From an uncultured Chromatiales bacterium (GTDB lineage: Bacteria; Pseudomonadota; Gammaproteobacteria; SZUA-140), in NCBI GenBank assembly GCA_964437335.1, contig CAYTGL010000006.1:24523-88522 (forward strand): a DNA stretch of 64,000 bases, written 5' to 3'. Shown here in pieces: positions 25,888 to 35,639 of the stretch. The translations under genes were made by a program, and so were the position numbers. Under the pieces are notes generated by a model. That model was not told the DNA's origin. It worked only from the letters and a program-made list of their open reading frames with translations, and ran no database searches. Every line of letters starts with the position of its first letter. Within the stretch, counting starts at the first letter, position 1.

Positions 25888-26160
25888 TCAGGCGTCCTCT
25901 CCGAAGCGCCTCTGTATCAATTCCTCTATCCGGTTGACCGCCTCTTCCTCGTCGCCGCCTTCCGCGATGACTTCTATCGAAGTTCCCCGGCCGGCGGCGA
26001 GCATCATCACGCCCATGATGCTCTTGCCATTCACTTTCCTGCTCCCGCGCGCCAGAAACACCTCGGACTCGAATCCGGACGCCAGCGTGACAAGTTTTGC
26101 CGCGGCACGCGCATGAAGACCCAGTTTGTTGACTATATAGACCTCTCTGCGAGCTGTCAT
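25888..26160 (-). CDS. ptsH: HPr phosphocarrier
   Basis: NKLGLHARAA and NGKSIMGVM. Confidence 0.97.
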   Translation of the reverse strand: MTARREVYIVNKLGLHARAAAKLVTLASGFESEVFLARGSRKVNGKSIMGVMMLAAGRGTSIEVIAEGGDEEEAVNRIEELIQRRFGEDA

Positions 26161-26564
26161 CAGTGCTCCTGATCCGCGCCACAGCGGAAAATGCCTTCCT
26201 GACCGCCGCTCAGGGCCTTCGCCGCGAGCTGCGTGATATTGAGTGCAGGATAATTCATCAGACGCACCAGCATCGGCAGATTCATGCCGGAGATCACGAT
26301 GATGTGTTCATTGTCTCGTATAAGCGCCGTCGCGATGTTGCTCGGCGTCGAACCGTACATGTCGGTCAGTACAATCACACCGTCGCCCTGATCGATCGAC
26401 CTGACTGCGTCCCTGGCCTGTACCAGCACCTTGTCAGGATCACAACCCGAAGTGACCGATATGACCGACACCGGCAGCGGGCGGCCGCCCAGCATCGAGG
26501 TTGCGGTCTCTAACAGCGACTCCCCGATCCTATTGTGGGAAATCAGGCACAGGCCGACTCTCAT
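26160..26564 (-). CDS. PTS mannose/fructose-type IIA component
   Basis: LISHNRIG, LTDMYGSTPSN and GMNLPML. Confidence 0.93.
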   Translation of the reverse strand: MRVGLCLISHNRIGESLLETATSMLGGRPLPVSVISVTSGCDPDKVLVQARDAVRSIDQGDGVIVLTDMYGSTPSNIATALIRDNEHIIVISGMNLPMLVRLMNYPALNITQLAAKALSGGQEGIFRCGADQEH

Positions 26565-27421
26565 GCCAGCTCCCGATGACGGATCATCACGTTGTCACGC
26601 GAGCGCCGGAAGTGAGAAGCCAGTGCCTCGACCAGGTAGACTGACCGGTGCTGGCCTCCGGTACAGCCGATCGCAATGCTGATGTAATTACGGTTCTCGG
26701 CCTCGAACGAGGGAATCCAGCGTTCGAGAAAGGTACGGATATCCTCGAACATCTGCCTGACACCCGGCTGCTGCTCGAGGAATTTGATCACTTCGGGATC
26801 GGTGCCCTTGCGCAGCCGCAATTGCGGATCCCAGTAGGGATTTGGCAGGCAGCGGATATCGAATACGAAATCAACGTCCGCCGGAATGCCATGTTTGTAG
26901 CCGAAGGACAGGAACTGCAGCGAAAGTGACGGCAGCTTGCGCTTGACGATGCGTTCCCTGACGATGCCGCGCAACTGGTGGACATTCAGGTTGCTGGTGT
27001 CGATCTGCAGATCGGCGCTGATCGAGATAGGCGACAGCAGCTTGCGTTCTTCGACGATGGCCTCGGTCAGCGAGACGCCGGAACGGGTCAGTGGGTGCTT
27101 GCGCCGGGTCTCACTGAATCGTTTGATCAGGACGGTGTCGGACGCGGTCAGGAACACGACCTCGCAGGTGATCCCCCTGCCCCTGATCCCGTCGACTATC
27201 TCGCTGAACCGGCCGAGATCACGCACCAGGTTGCGCGCGTCTATGCCGACTGCGACGTTGTCAATGTTGCGTTTCGAGGCGCTGTCGGTCATCTGCCCGG
27301 TGAACTGCGACAGCAGCCCGAGCGGCAGATTGTCGATGCAGTAGTAATCCTGGTCCTCGAGGGCCTGCAAGGCGATACTTTTTCCGGACCCCGACAGGCC
27401 GCTGATGATCAGCAGTCTCAT
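26561..27421 (-). CDS. rapZ: RNase adapter RapZ
   Basis: GLSGSGKS, FGYKHG, FDIRCLPNPYW and IGCTGGQHRSV. Confidence 0.97.
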   Translation of the reverse strand: MRLLIISGLSGSGKSIALQALEDQDYYCIDNLPLGLLSQFTGQMTDSASKRNIDNVAVGIDARNLVRDLGRFSEIVDGIRGRGITCEVVFLTASDTVLIKRFSETRRKHPLTRSGVSLTEAIVEERKLLSPISISADLQIDTSNLNVHQLRGIVRERIVKRKLPSLSLQFLSFGYKHGIPADVDFVFDIRCLPNPYWDPQLRLRKGTDPEVIKFLEQQPGVRQMFEDIRTFLERWIPSFEAENRNYISIAIGCTGGQHRSVYLVEALASHFRRSRDNVMIRHRELA

Positions 27422-28377
27422 GCGTCACCCTCAAGGATCTGCCGCTGCTGGCGCTCGATGAACACCTGGCTCGCATTATAGCCCTTCAGCAGCAGTATAT
27501 GATTGCGCACCGCCCCCTCCACGAGGACAGCAAGATTGTGGCCGGGAACCACTGGCAGCGTGATTTGCGGCACCTCGACATCGAGTATGGTCAGGTAGCG
27601 GTGACTTCCCTCCAACCGGTCGAGCTGCGCCAGTTCCTGATCGCTCATTCGCTGCAGATCGATGATCAGCCGCAGGTTCTTGTTGAGCTTGACGACGCTG
27701 TCGCCGAACATCGCGCGGATGTTCAGCACGCCGAGCCCGCGAACCTCGAGGAAACCGATCAGCCCGGACGGGCAGCAGCCGTTCAGTTCATCCGGTGCGA
27801 TGCGGCGAAATTCCGGCGAGTCATCGGCGACAAGGCGGTGATTGCGACTGATCAGCTCGAGCGCCAGCTCGCTCTTGCCGATACCGCTCTTTCCGGTCAA
27901 CAGTACGCCTATACCGAGTACTTCCATAAAAACGCCATGCAGATTCATGCGTTCGGCAAGGACGTTGGACAGGTAGTGCTGAAGGTGACTGATGATCTTG
28001 TAGCCGGCAAGGTTGCTGCGGAACAACGGGATAGCACCAGCGTCCGCCATGGTGACGAAATAGTCTGCGACCTTCTCGCCGTCGCTGACGATGACGCAGG
28101 CCGTATTCCCGGAAAAGAGGCGCTCCAGGAGAACGGCGCGCGCAGCCTGGTCGAGATCGGCGAGGTAAGCCCTTTCGACCGGCCCGATGACCTGGATCCG
28201 GCAGGGATGGACAGGATTCAGATGCCCGGCCCAGGAAACGATGGACGGATTTCGCGCGGTGCTGGCGTCCTCCGGCTCGATCTGGCGTTCCCCACCCGTG
28301 AGGCCCGCGACCCAGGACAGGTCCAGCCGCTCTGCATGGGCATCGAACAGTTCCGCCGTTGTAATACCGCTGCTCAT
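27418..28377 (-). CDS. hprK: HPr kinase/phosphorylase
   Basis: HGVFMEV...GKSGIGKSELALEL, LVADD and LEVRGLG. Start taken at MSSGI. Confidence 0.95.
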   Translation of the reverse strand: MSSGITTAELFDAHAERLDLSWVAGLTGGERQIEPEDASTARNPSIVSWAGHLNPVHPCRIQVIGPVERAYLADLDQAARAVLLERLFSGNTACVIVSDGEKVADYFVTMADAGAIPLFRSNLAGYKIISHLQHYLSNVLAERMNLHGVFMEVLGIGVLLTGKSGIGKSELALELISRNHRLVADDSPEFRRIAPDELNGCCPSGLIGFLEVRGLGVLNIRAMFGDSVVKLNKNLRLIIDLQRMSDQELAQLDRLEGSHRYLTILDVEVPQITLPVVPGHNLAVLVEGAVRNHILLLKGYNASQVFIERQQRQILEGDA

Positions 28378-28381
28378 GTAG

Positions 28382-28873
28382 TTAAGCGGAGGGTCCTGCC
28401 GCCTTCTTTGCGCCACCCTGACGCCAGGATATCAGCAACTGGTAGATTTCATTGCCGGTTCGCGCGGCGTGCATCTGCTCGCAGAATTTGATATCGCTGA
28501 ACATCTCGGCCAGCGTCGCGAGGATATCCAGATGTTCCCCGGTCGACTGCTCCGGAACCAGCAAGCCGCAGATCATGTCGACCGGACGGCCGTCCCCGGC
28601 GTCGAACTCGACGCCATCGGTGAGTCGCAGGAAGGCGCACACGGCATGATCGAGGCTTTTCAGCCTGCCGTGCGGTATGGCCACGCCGTGGCCGAGGCCA
28701 GTGCTGCCGAGACGCTCTCGCTCGATGAGGCTGGTGAACACCTCGGACCGGGCGAGCGTGGAGTCACCAGCCGTCATCAACTCGCTGATCAGCTCCAGCG
28801 CTCGCTTTTTGCTGCTGACGTTGCTGCGGGTGGCGACCCGCTCGGGCCTGAACAAATTTTCCAACGCGCTCAT
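28382..28873 (-). CDS. ptsN: PTS IIA-Ntr
   Basis: RERLGSTGLGHGVAIPHGR. Confidence 0.95.
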   Translation of the reverse strand: MSALENLFRPERVATRSNVSSKKRALELISELMTAGDSTLARSEVFTSLIERERLGSTGLGHGVAIPHGRLKSLDHAVCAFLRLTDGVEFDAGDGRPVDMICGLLVPEQSTGEHLDILATLAEMFSDIKFCEQMHAARTGNEIYQLLISWRQGGAKKAAGPSA

Positions 28874-28914
28874 TATGTAACCTGTATCGAGATAGTTTGA
28901 CTTCTAGTCAGGAT

Positions 28915-30453
28915 TCAAACCAGGCGCTTCCGTTCGCTCGATGACTGTATCGACAGCGATTCACGGTATTTCGCGATGGTCCTGCGCGCGACGTTGATCC
29001 CCTGCTGCTTGAGCATCAGGGCGATCTTGCTGTCGCTGAGCGGCTTGCCCCTGTCCTCCGCGGCGACGAATTTCCTGATCAGCGCGCGGATCGCAGTAGC
29101 CGAACACTCGCCGCCACTGTCAGTGCTGACATGGCTGGAAAAGAAATATTTCAATTCGAAGATCCCGCGCGGGGTGTGCATGAACTTCTGGGTAGTGACC
29201 CTGGAAATCGTCGATTCGTGCATGTCGACGGTCTTGGCGACGTCATGCAGCACCAGCGCCTTCATCGCCTCCTCGCCATGTTCGAGGAATCCGCGCTGCC
29301 GCTCGACGATGCAGGTCGCAACCTTGAGCAGGGTGTCATTACGGCTCTGCAGGCTCTTGACGAACCAACGCGCTTCCTGCAACTGGTTTCTCATATAGGC
29401 ATTGTCCGCGCTGTTGTCGGCGCGCTTGACCAGGCGGGCATAGCCGGCATTGATGCGCACCCGCGGCATCGCCTCGGGGTTGAGTTCGACCTTCCAGGCG
29501 TCCTTTTCCCGCGTCACGATGACATCAGGAATGATATATTCGATCTTCCTGTCGGTAATCAGGCTGCCCGGGTTCGGATTAACCGATTGGACCAGGCTGA
29601 TGACCTGCAGCAGTTCCTCCTGGGAACATTTCAGCTTGCGCATCAGCTGGGCATACTCCCGTCTGCCCAGCAGTTCGATATGGGTATTGACGACCTCCTT
29701 CGCTTCCTCGAGCCACGGCGTCGAGGGATCGCAATACTGCAGCTGGATCAGGATGCATTCACGCAGATCGCGCGCACCGACACCGACCGGATCGAAGTGC
29801 TGTATCCTCCGCAGCACGGTCTCAACCTCTTCGATCTCGAGATCCTCCAGTTCCTTGACCAGTACCTCGCGGATCTCCTCGAGCGAGTCTCCGAGGTAAC
29901 CGCGGTCGTCGATTCCATCGATGATCGACATCGCAATCACGCGATCACGGTCGCTGAAATGACTCATCTGCATCTGCCACTCGAGGTGCTCATGCAGCGT
30001 CTCGGAGGAGCGGTTCTGATTGTCGAATTCGAAACCTTCGGAGTCCGCTGCGTGACTGAGGGGCAGCATCGGGGCGTCGTAGATATCCTCCCAGATGCTG
30101 TCGACCGGCAAATCCTCCGGGTTGCTCAGTTCCGTACGGGTGACGGCCTCCTGAAGTTCGACGACGGAATCATCAGACTCGTAATTGACGTTCTGCAGTC
30201 CGTCCGGATCTGGCTCGACGCTCAAGGAGCCGTTTTCGATCACGCCATTCGCCGCCTCGCCGCCATCACCGTCATCGCCATCATCACCGCTGCCGCCGTC
30301 TTCCGACAGCTCGAGCATCATGTTCGAGTCGAGCGCTTCCTGGATCTCTTCACGAAGCTCCATTGTCGACAGCTGCAACAAACGTATCGCCTGTTGCAGT
30401 TGCGGCGTCATGGTCAGATGCTGACCGAGGCGAATTTGAAGGGTTTGTTTCAT
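28915..30453 (-). CDS. rpoN: RNA polymerase sigma-54
   Basis: [22 protein letters not shown] and the RpoN box ARRTIAKYR. Confidence 0.99.
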   Translation of the reverse strand: MKQTLQIRLGQHLTMTPQLQQAIRLLQLSTMELREEIQEALDSNMMLELSEDGGSGDDGDDGDGGEAANGVIENGSLSVEPDPDGLQNVNYESDDSVVELQEAVTRTELSNPEDLPVDSIWEDIYDAPMLPLSHAADSEGFEFDNQNRSSETLHEHLEWQMQMSHFSDRDRVIAMSIIDGIDDRGYLGDSLEEIREVLVKELEDLEIEEVETVLRRIQHFDPVGVGARDLRECILIQLQYCDPSTPWLEEAKEVVNTHIELLGRREYAQLMRKLKCSQEELLQVISLVQSVNPNPGSLITDRKIEYIIPDVIVTREKDAWKVELNPEAMPRVRINAGYARLVKRADNSADNAYMRNQLQEARWFVKSLQSRNDTLLKVATCIVERQRGFLEHGEEAMKALVLHDVAKTVDMHESTISRVTTQKFMHTPRGIFELKYFFSSHVSTDSGGECSATAIRALIRKFVAAEDRGKPLSDSKIALMLKQQGINVARRTIAKYRESLSIQSSSERKRLV

Positions 30454-30559
30454 CTGCGACCGGTAATGCGGCGTCGGCGACTTCCGCGTTCTGTAATTTT
30501 AATACAGTTTGAAGGCGATATAGTGTAACGCAGCCATTCCCGTGATCAACTTGTCCGGC

Positions 30560-31285
30560 CTAGAGGCGAAAATCGGCGCCCAGATACACTTCCCGCACCC
30601 GCGTGTCGGCCAGAATCTCCTCCGGCCTCCCCTCGGACAAAATCGCGCCCTCATTCATGATGTAGGCGCGCTCGCAGATCCCAAGCGTCTCCCTGACATT
30701 GTGATCGGTGATCAGGATGCCGATGCCCTTGTCACGCAGATATCTGATTATGCGCTGAATATCCAGAACGGACAGGGGGTCGACGCCGGCGAACGGCTCG
30801 TCAAGCAGCACGAAACGCGGCTCCATCGCCAAGGTACGCGCGATCTCGACGCGCCTGCGCTCGCCCCCCGACAGGCTCATGCCCCGGGAATCCCGCAGGT
30901 GCGCGATATGAAACTCCTCCAGAAGTTCCGCCGCCCGCTGCTCCTGTCCGGCCTTGTCCAGATCTTCCCTGGCCTGGAGCACCGCGAGCAGGTTGTCGGC
31001 CACCGTCAGCTTGCGGAACACCGACGCTTCCTGCGGCAAATAACCGATGCCCATACGCGCCCTGACGTGCATCGGATAGTTGGTGATAATACGCTCATTG
31101 AGCGTGATTGACCCCTCACCGCACGGCACCAGCCCGACAATCATGTAGAAACAGGTCGTCTTGCCCGCCCCGTTTGGACCGAGCAATCCGACGATCTCAC
31201 CCGCGACGATACGCATCGACACATCGCTGACAACCTTGCGGCCGCGGTAGCTCTTGCTGATCCTGTTGACGCCGAGCAGGTCCAT
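30560..31285 (-). CDS. lptB: LPS export ATPase
   Basis: [30 protein letters not shown] and DEPFAGVDP. Confidence 0.97.
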   Translation of the reverse strand: MDLLGVNRISKSYRGRKVVSDVSMRIVAGEIVGLLGPNGAGKTTCFYMIVGLVPCGEGSITLNERIITNYPMHVRARMGIGYLPQEASVFRKLTVADNLLAVLQAREDLDKAGQEQRAAELLEEFHIAHLRDSRGMSLSGGERRRVEIARTLAMEPRFVLLDEPFAGVDPLSVLDIQRIIRYLRDKGIGILITDHNVRETLGICERAYIMNEGAILSEGRPEEILADTRVREVYLGADFRL

Positions 31286-31289
31286 CCGA

Positions 31290-31829
31290 TCAGCGGGCAT
31301 CCTGTTCACCGGCGGGCGACGCCGGATTCGCCTGTCGCGGCGGAATCACGATGCGGATCCGGCCGTCTTCGGATTCCTTCGTGGCGCTCACCACATCTTG
31401 CTCGGCGTCGTAACTGATGAAGTCGCCGGTAAACTCGACATCCTGACGCCATATATAAGCGTCGTGCTCGAGCACCAGTCGCTCGGGGTGCGCGAAGTAC
31501 TGCATACGCCGGGCGTTCGCCAGCATGTCTTTGTCATCGCCTTCCAACCGCTGACGGAAGCGGGCGGGCTCGCCGAGCGCCTCGAGGCGGCTGATCTTCC
31601 TGTGCTCATCATGGTAAATATGCACGGTATCCGCTTCGAGGCGGATCGTACCCTGGCTGTAGATGACGTTGCCGCGATAGATGCTCACGCCCTTGAGGTC
31701 GTCGATTTGCACGCTGTCTGCCTCGAGATGGATCGGCTGTTCCCTGTCACTATCAAGGGCCGCGGCGACGGGTGGGAACGCCAGCAATGCCAAAACCAGT
31801 ATCGGGGCGGCGGCACTACCAGGGTACAT
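31290..31829 (-). CDS. lptA: LPS transport periplasmic protein
   Basis: Signal peptide, [15 protein letters not shown] and position between lptC and lptB. Confidence 0.92.
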   Translation of the reverse strand: MYPGSAAAPILVLALLAFPPVAAALDSDREQPIHLEADSVQIDDLKGVSIYRGNVIYSQGTIRLEADTVHIYHDEHRKISRLEALGEPARFRQRLEGDDKDMLANARRMQYFAHPERLVLEHDAYIWRQDVEFTGDFISYDAEQDVVSATKESEDGRIRIVIPPRQANPASPAGEQDAR

Positions 31830-32388
31830 AGTCACCACGCACGTCGGACAGCAGATGGATGCGACGCAAATCAAACTCGACCTTCATGCCCGTCGACCAG
31901 GTGGTGCCAGCCCCCTGGACGATCCTGACCGGATCGGCGGTTGCGGCGTGCTTGTCGTCCAGCCAGATCTGAAGCTCATCGGTGAATACCTCGAAATCCT
32001 GGTTATCGATCACGCCCGCATACTGGATATGGACCTCGCCGCTCAGTGACACTGACCGGTCGGTGTCCAGTATCAAGCCTTTTTGCGCGGATATCTCCCA
32101 GATCCTGCGATTGTCCTCAAAGAACAAAAGGCGCGGGCGCGCCAGCGTCGACTGCTCCGTATCCGGGTAATGATACAGGTTTTCGGCGAGCAGCGTGTGC
32201 TTCAGCGCCCCCTGCGCATCCATTTCGTCGAGCGTGAATACGGACAGGTAATAATCGAACTCTTCAATGACGGGAGCCTGGTATTCAATGGTTCCCAGAT
32301 CCACGCGATGCAGCCACCAGCCGCTGGCAACCACAGCGGCAATCAGCAGAATATAGGTAAGCGGACGTTTGTCGGTAAATATGCGCAT
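31816..32388 (-). CDS. lptC: LPS export protein
   Basis: N-terminal TM helix, a beta-jellyroll-like sequence and conserved synteny. Confidence 0.9.
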   Translation of the reverse strand: MRIFTDKRPLTYILLIAAVVASGWWLHRVDLGTIEYQAPVIEEFDYYLSVFTLDEMDAQGALKHTLLAENLYHYPDTEQSTLARPRLLFFEDNRRIWEISAQKGLILDTDRSVSLSGEVHIQYAGVIDNQDFEVFTDELQIWLDDKHAATADPVRIVQGAGTTWSTGMKVEFDLRRIHLLSDVRGDYVPW

Positions 32389-32421
32389 TGGCGCCGCCGT
32401 GTCATCCGGGACCCGGCCTGG

Positions 32422-32955
32422 TCACGAATCGGTGGAAAGATAGCTGTCCCAACGGGATGCAAGCACGCCCCGGGCCTGCATGATCAGTTCGCAGACATCA
32501 CGCGCCGCGCCGCGGCCACCGCAGCTCGGTGTGATCCAGTCGGCGTGCTTCCTGACCAGTTCGTGGGCGTCATTGACCGCTATCGCAAGTCCGGAGCGAC
32601 GCAGCATCGGGAGATCGACGACATCGTCGCCGACGCAGGCGATCTCGAAAGTATCAAGCCCGGCTGTCTGCCTGAGTTGCTCGAAGGCCGGCAGCTTGTC
32701 CTGCCAGCCCTGAAACACGAGGTCGATGCCCAGCCCAGACATGCGATGGGTGACCGCGCCCGAATTGCGGCCACTGATGATACCGATCCGCACCCCGGAT
32801 TCCTGCAGCATCTTCATGCCGTGGCCATCACGCGAATTGAAGACCTTGTGTTCGCGGCCGTCGCAATCGATGAATAACCCGCCGTCGGTCAGCACGCCGT
32901 CGACATCGAAGACGACCAGTCGTATGCGTCGCGCCTTGTCGAGGATCTCCTGCAT
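32422..32955 (-). CDS. kdsC: KDO-8-phosphate phosphatase
   Basis: FDVDGVLTDG, GDDVVD and GGRGAARDVCE. Confidence 0.97.
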   Translation of the reverse strand: MQEILDKARRIRLVVFDVDGVLTDGGLFIDCDGREHKVFNSRDGHGMKMLQESGVRIGIISGRNSGAVTHRMSGLGIDLVFQGWQDKLPAFEQLRQTAGLDTFEIACVGDDVVDLPMLRRSGLAIAVNDAHELVRKHADWITPSCGGRGAARDVCELIMQARGVLASRWDSYLSTDS

Positions 32956-32960
32956 GTCGA

Positions 32961-33983
32961 TCAGACGACGCCCGCTCGCAACATGTCATGCATGTTCAAC
33001 GCCCCGATCAGCCGGCCTTCACCATCAACGACCGGCAGGGCGTTGATGCCGTGCTGCTCCATCATCTTGAGCGCTTCCGCCGCGAGCAGGTCGGGCGTGA
33101 TCGACTTGCAATTGCGCGTCATGACGTCGCCGACCACGGCGACATGCACATCGATGCGCCGGTCGAGTATCCGGCGCAGATCGCCGTCGGTGAAAATGCC
33201 GTCGAGCCTGTTCGCGTCATCGACGATTGCGGTCATACCCAGATTTTTGCGCGTCATCTCGACCAGTGCCTCGCTGACCGGGACGCCGGCGCGCACCTTG
33301 GGCACCGCATCACCGGTATGCATGATGTCCCGTATCAGCAGCAGCAGACGCCTGCCGAGTCGCCCGGCCGGATGGGAGCGGGCGAAATCCTCGGCGGTGA
33401 AGCCGCGCGCCTCGAGCAGCGACACGGCCAGCGCATCGCCCATGACCAGCGTCGCCGTGGTGCTCGAAGTCGGCGCCAGCCCCAGCGGACAGGCCTCATG
33501 TTCGACGCTGACGTCGATATTGACCTCGGCGGCGCGCGCCAGCGTCGAATCGGCGTTGCCGGTCAGCGCAATCAGCGGGACGCCGAGGCGCTTGATCAGC
33601 GGCAGGATCGTCAGCAGTTCGTCGGTCTCACCGGAATTGGAGATCGCGAGCACGACATCACGTGCGGTGATCATGCCAAGGTCGCCGTGACTCGCCTCGC
33701 CGGGATGGACGAAGAATGCCGGGCTGCCGGTGCTCGCAAGCGTCGCGGCGATCTTGCCGCCGATATGCCCGGACTTGCCCATGCCGAGCACTACGATGCG
33801 GCCATCACAGGCGATCATGTAGCGGCAAGCGGCGACGAAAGCATCTCCGATCCGGGCGGCGAGCGCGTGCACGGCCGCAGCTTCGGTCTCAATGACCGCG
33901 ACACCGAGTTGCTTCAGTTGCCGCTCATCGAAGGTGTTGCCGTCCCGTGGACCGGCAGCTGGTGATTTTGTATGCGGCGTCAT
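32961..33983 (-). CDS. kdsD: Arabinose-5-phosphate isomerase
   Basis: GMGKSGHIG, HPGEASHGDLG, APTSSTTA and tandem CBS domains. Start taken at MTPHT. Confidence 0.97.
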   Translation of the reverse strand: MTPHTKSPAAGPRDGNTFDERQLKQLGVAVIETEAAAVHALAARIGDAFVAACRYMIACDGRIVVLGMGKSGHIGGKIAATLASTGSPAFFVHPGEASHGDLGMITARDVVLAISNSGETDELLTILPLIKRLGVPLIALTGNADSTLARAAEVNIDVSVEHEACPLGLAPTSSTTATLVMGDALAVSLLEARGFTAEDFARSHPAGRLGRRLLLLIRDIMHTGDAVPKVRAGVPVSEALVEMTRKNLGMTAIVDDANRLDGIFTDGDLRRILDRRIDVHVAVVGDVMTRNCKSITPDLLAAEALKMMEQHGINALPVVDGEGRLIGALNMHDMLRAGVV

Positions 33984-33987
33984 GTCG

Positions 33988-34155
33988 TCATCCGTCTGAA
34001 GCCTGATAGGGATCCCGCTCCAGCACACCAGGCGCGATCAGGGCCGGCCTCCCGAGGACCGCGAGCAAATTGAACATATTTGACCCGATTACATTGCCAA
34101 TGGCAATGTCATGTTCTTTATTGAGCACGCCGGCGACCGTGGCAAGGCATCCATT
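33988..34155 (-). pseudogene. yrbG: Remnant of yrbG (Ca2+/Na+ antiporter family)
   Basis: Manual translation gives LATVAGVLNKEHDIAIGNVIGSNMFNLLAVLGRPALIAPG, matching the alpha-repeat region of YrbG. There is no N-terminus, and it sits at the usual position upstream of kdsD. Confidence 0.8.
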
Positions 34156-35028
34156 CTATAGATAGTGCAGCACGATGCCGGCGAATATCGCGGCGCCGAA
34201 CCAGTTGTTGTTCAGGAAGGCGCGGAAGCAGGCGCCGGGCTCGCGGCGGCGGATCAGGTATTGCTGGTAGATGGCGAGGCCCGCGGCGGTGAGCAGACCG
34301 AGGGTCCAGGCGCCGCCGAGTTCGAGGCGGTTGCCGGCGATCAGCAGGACGACGAACAGCAGGCCCTGGATCAGGCCGATGATCAGGCGATCCTGTTCGC
34401 CGAACAGGATCGCGGTCGATCTTACGCCGATGCGGATGTCATCGTCGCGATCGACCATCGCGTACATCGTGTCGTAGGCGGTCGTCCACAGCACGGTCGC
34501 GATGTAGATCAGCCAGGCATCCTGCGGGATCGTACCGGTCTGCGCGGCGAAGGCCATCGGCACCGACCACGCGAAGGCCATGCCGAGATGGATCTGGGGC
34601 AGATAGGTGTAACGCTTCATGAACGGGTATGTCACGGCCAGCGCAATGGCGACGAAAGAGAGCAGGATGGTCAGCGTGTTCAGCGTCAGCACCAGCAGGA
34701 ATGCGATCAGACACAGCATGACGAACAGAATCAGCGCCTCGCGGTTTGTGACTTCGCCACGAGCGAACGGGCGCCCTCTGGTACGGGCGACGTGCCTGTC
34801 GATATGGCGGTCAGCAAAGTCGTTAATGACGCATCCGGCCGAGCGCATCAGGAAGACACCCAGCACGAACACGGTCAGGACCCATCCGTTCGGAACGCCT
34901 TCAGCGGCGATCCACAGCGCCCACAGCGCAGGCCATATCAGCAGCAAGGTGCCTATCGGACGCTCGATACGCATCAATCGCGCATAGACGCGCGCGCGTT
35001 CCGTCAGCCTGGCACGATCGATCGTCAT
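34156..35028 (-). CDS. ubiA: 4-hydroxybenzoate octaprenyltransferase
   Basis: [26 protein letters not shown] and [13 protein letters not shown]. Confidence 0.98.
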   Translation of the reverse strand: MTIDRARLTERARVYARLMRIERPIGTLLLIWPALWALWIAAEGVPNGWVLTVFVLGVFLMRSAGCVINDFADRHIDRHVARTRGRPFARGEVTNREALILFVMLCLIAFLLVLTLNTLTILLSFVAIALAVTYPFMKRYTYLPQIHLGMAFAWSVPMAFAAQTGTIPQDAWLIYIATVLWTTAYDTMYAMVDRDDDIRIGVRSTAILFGEQDRLIIGLIQGLLFVVLLIAGNRLELGGAWTLGLLTAAGLAIYQQYLIRRREPGACFRAFLNNNWFGAAIFAGIVLHYL

Positions 35029-35639
35029 AGGTGGCGCCGGAGAATGCCAGGCAGGAAGATCTCGTTGACGAGCAGGGGATGGCCGTCAATCATGAATACC
35101 GAACGCCGTCCCCAGATGGCGGCGCGCCCGCGATCGACGGCCATGGCATGCAGCTCATGGCCGGGTTCGATGCGGGCTATTTCCATGTCACCGCGCACGA
35201 TGCGATGATCCGAGAACAGTATCTCGCCGAGCGGGCGATTGCCGAGATGCGCGAAGCGCCGGCGGGCGCCTTTTAATGTCTCTTCCGGCATGATCGTACG
35301 GGCATGGACGACCGCTCGCGTAGCGCACAGCAATCGCACCTCACGCACCAGCGCCCAGGCGTGGTCGGGAAGGTTCAGCGCCGCGCGCTCGCTCGGCAGC
35401 GGCCGACGCCGGCGTTGCCCGATGACGCGGACACTGAACGCTGCACCGCACATGGTGCGCAGGCGGCGAGTCAGGGAATCCGTATCGATGAGCCAGGAGG
35501 CGAGCTCCGGTGGCAATTCGCCGCGCGGCATGGCGCGCGCCGGCCGCCAGTCCGGCTCCCTTCGAGATTTGAACAATCTGTATCGCAAGCTCCCGGCCCG
35601 AATTTGAATCCTAGACCACGCTGTATTGCGGACGGCCAT
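35025..35639 (-). CDS. ubiC: Chorismate pyruvate-lyase (start uncertain)
   Basis: [25 protein letters not shown] and WGRRSVF. Confidence 0.93.
   Translation of the reverse strand: MAVRNTAWSRIQIRAGSLRYRLFKSRREPDWRPARAMPRGELPPELASWLIDTDSLTRRLRTMCGAAFSVRVIGQRRRRPLPSERAALNLPDHAWALVREVRLLCATRAVVHARTIMPEETLKGARRRFAHLGNRPLGEILFSDHRIVRGDMEIARIEPGHELHAMAVDRGRAAIWGRRSVFMIDGHPLLVNEIFLPGILRRHL

Noticed and set aside
34091-34109. Perfect palindrome ACATTGCCA-A-TGGCAATGT as a regulator site
   Set aside because: It coincides with the DIAIGNV codons of the yrbG remnant and is most simply a coding coincidence.
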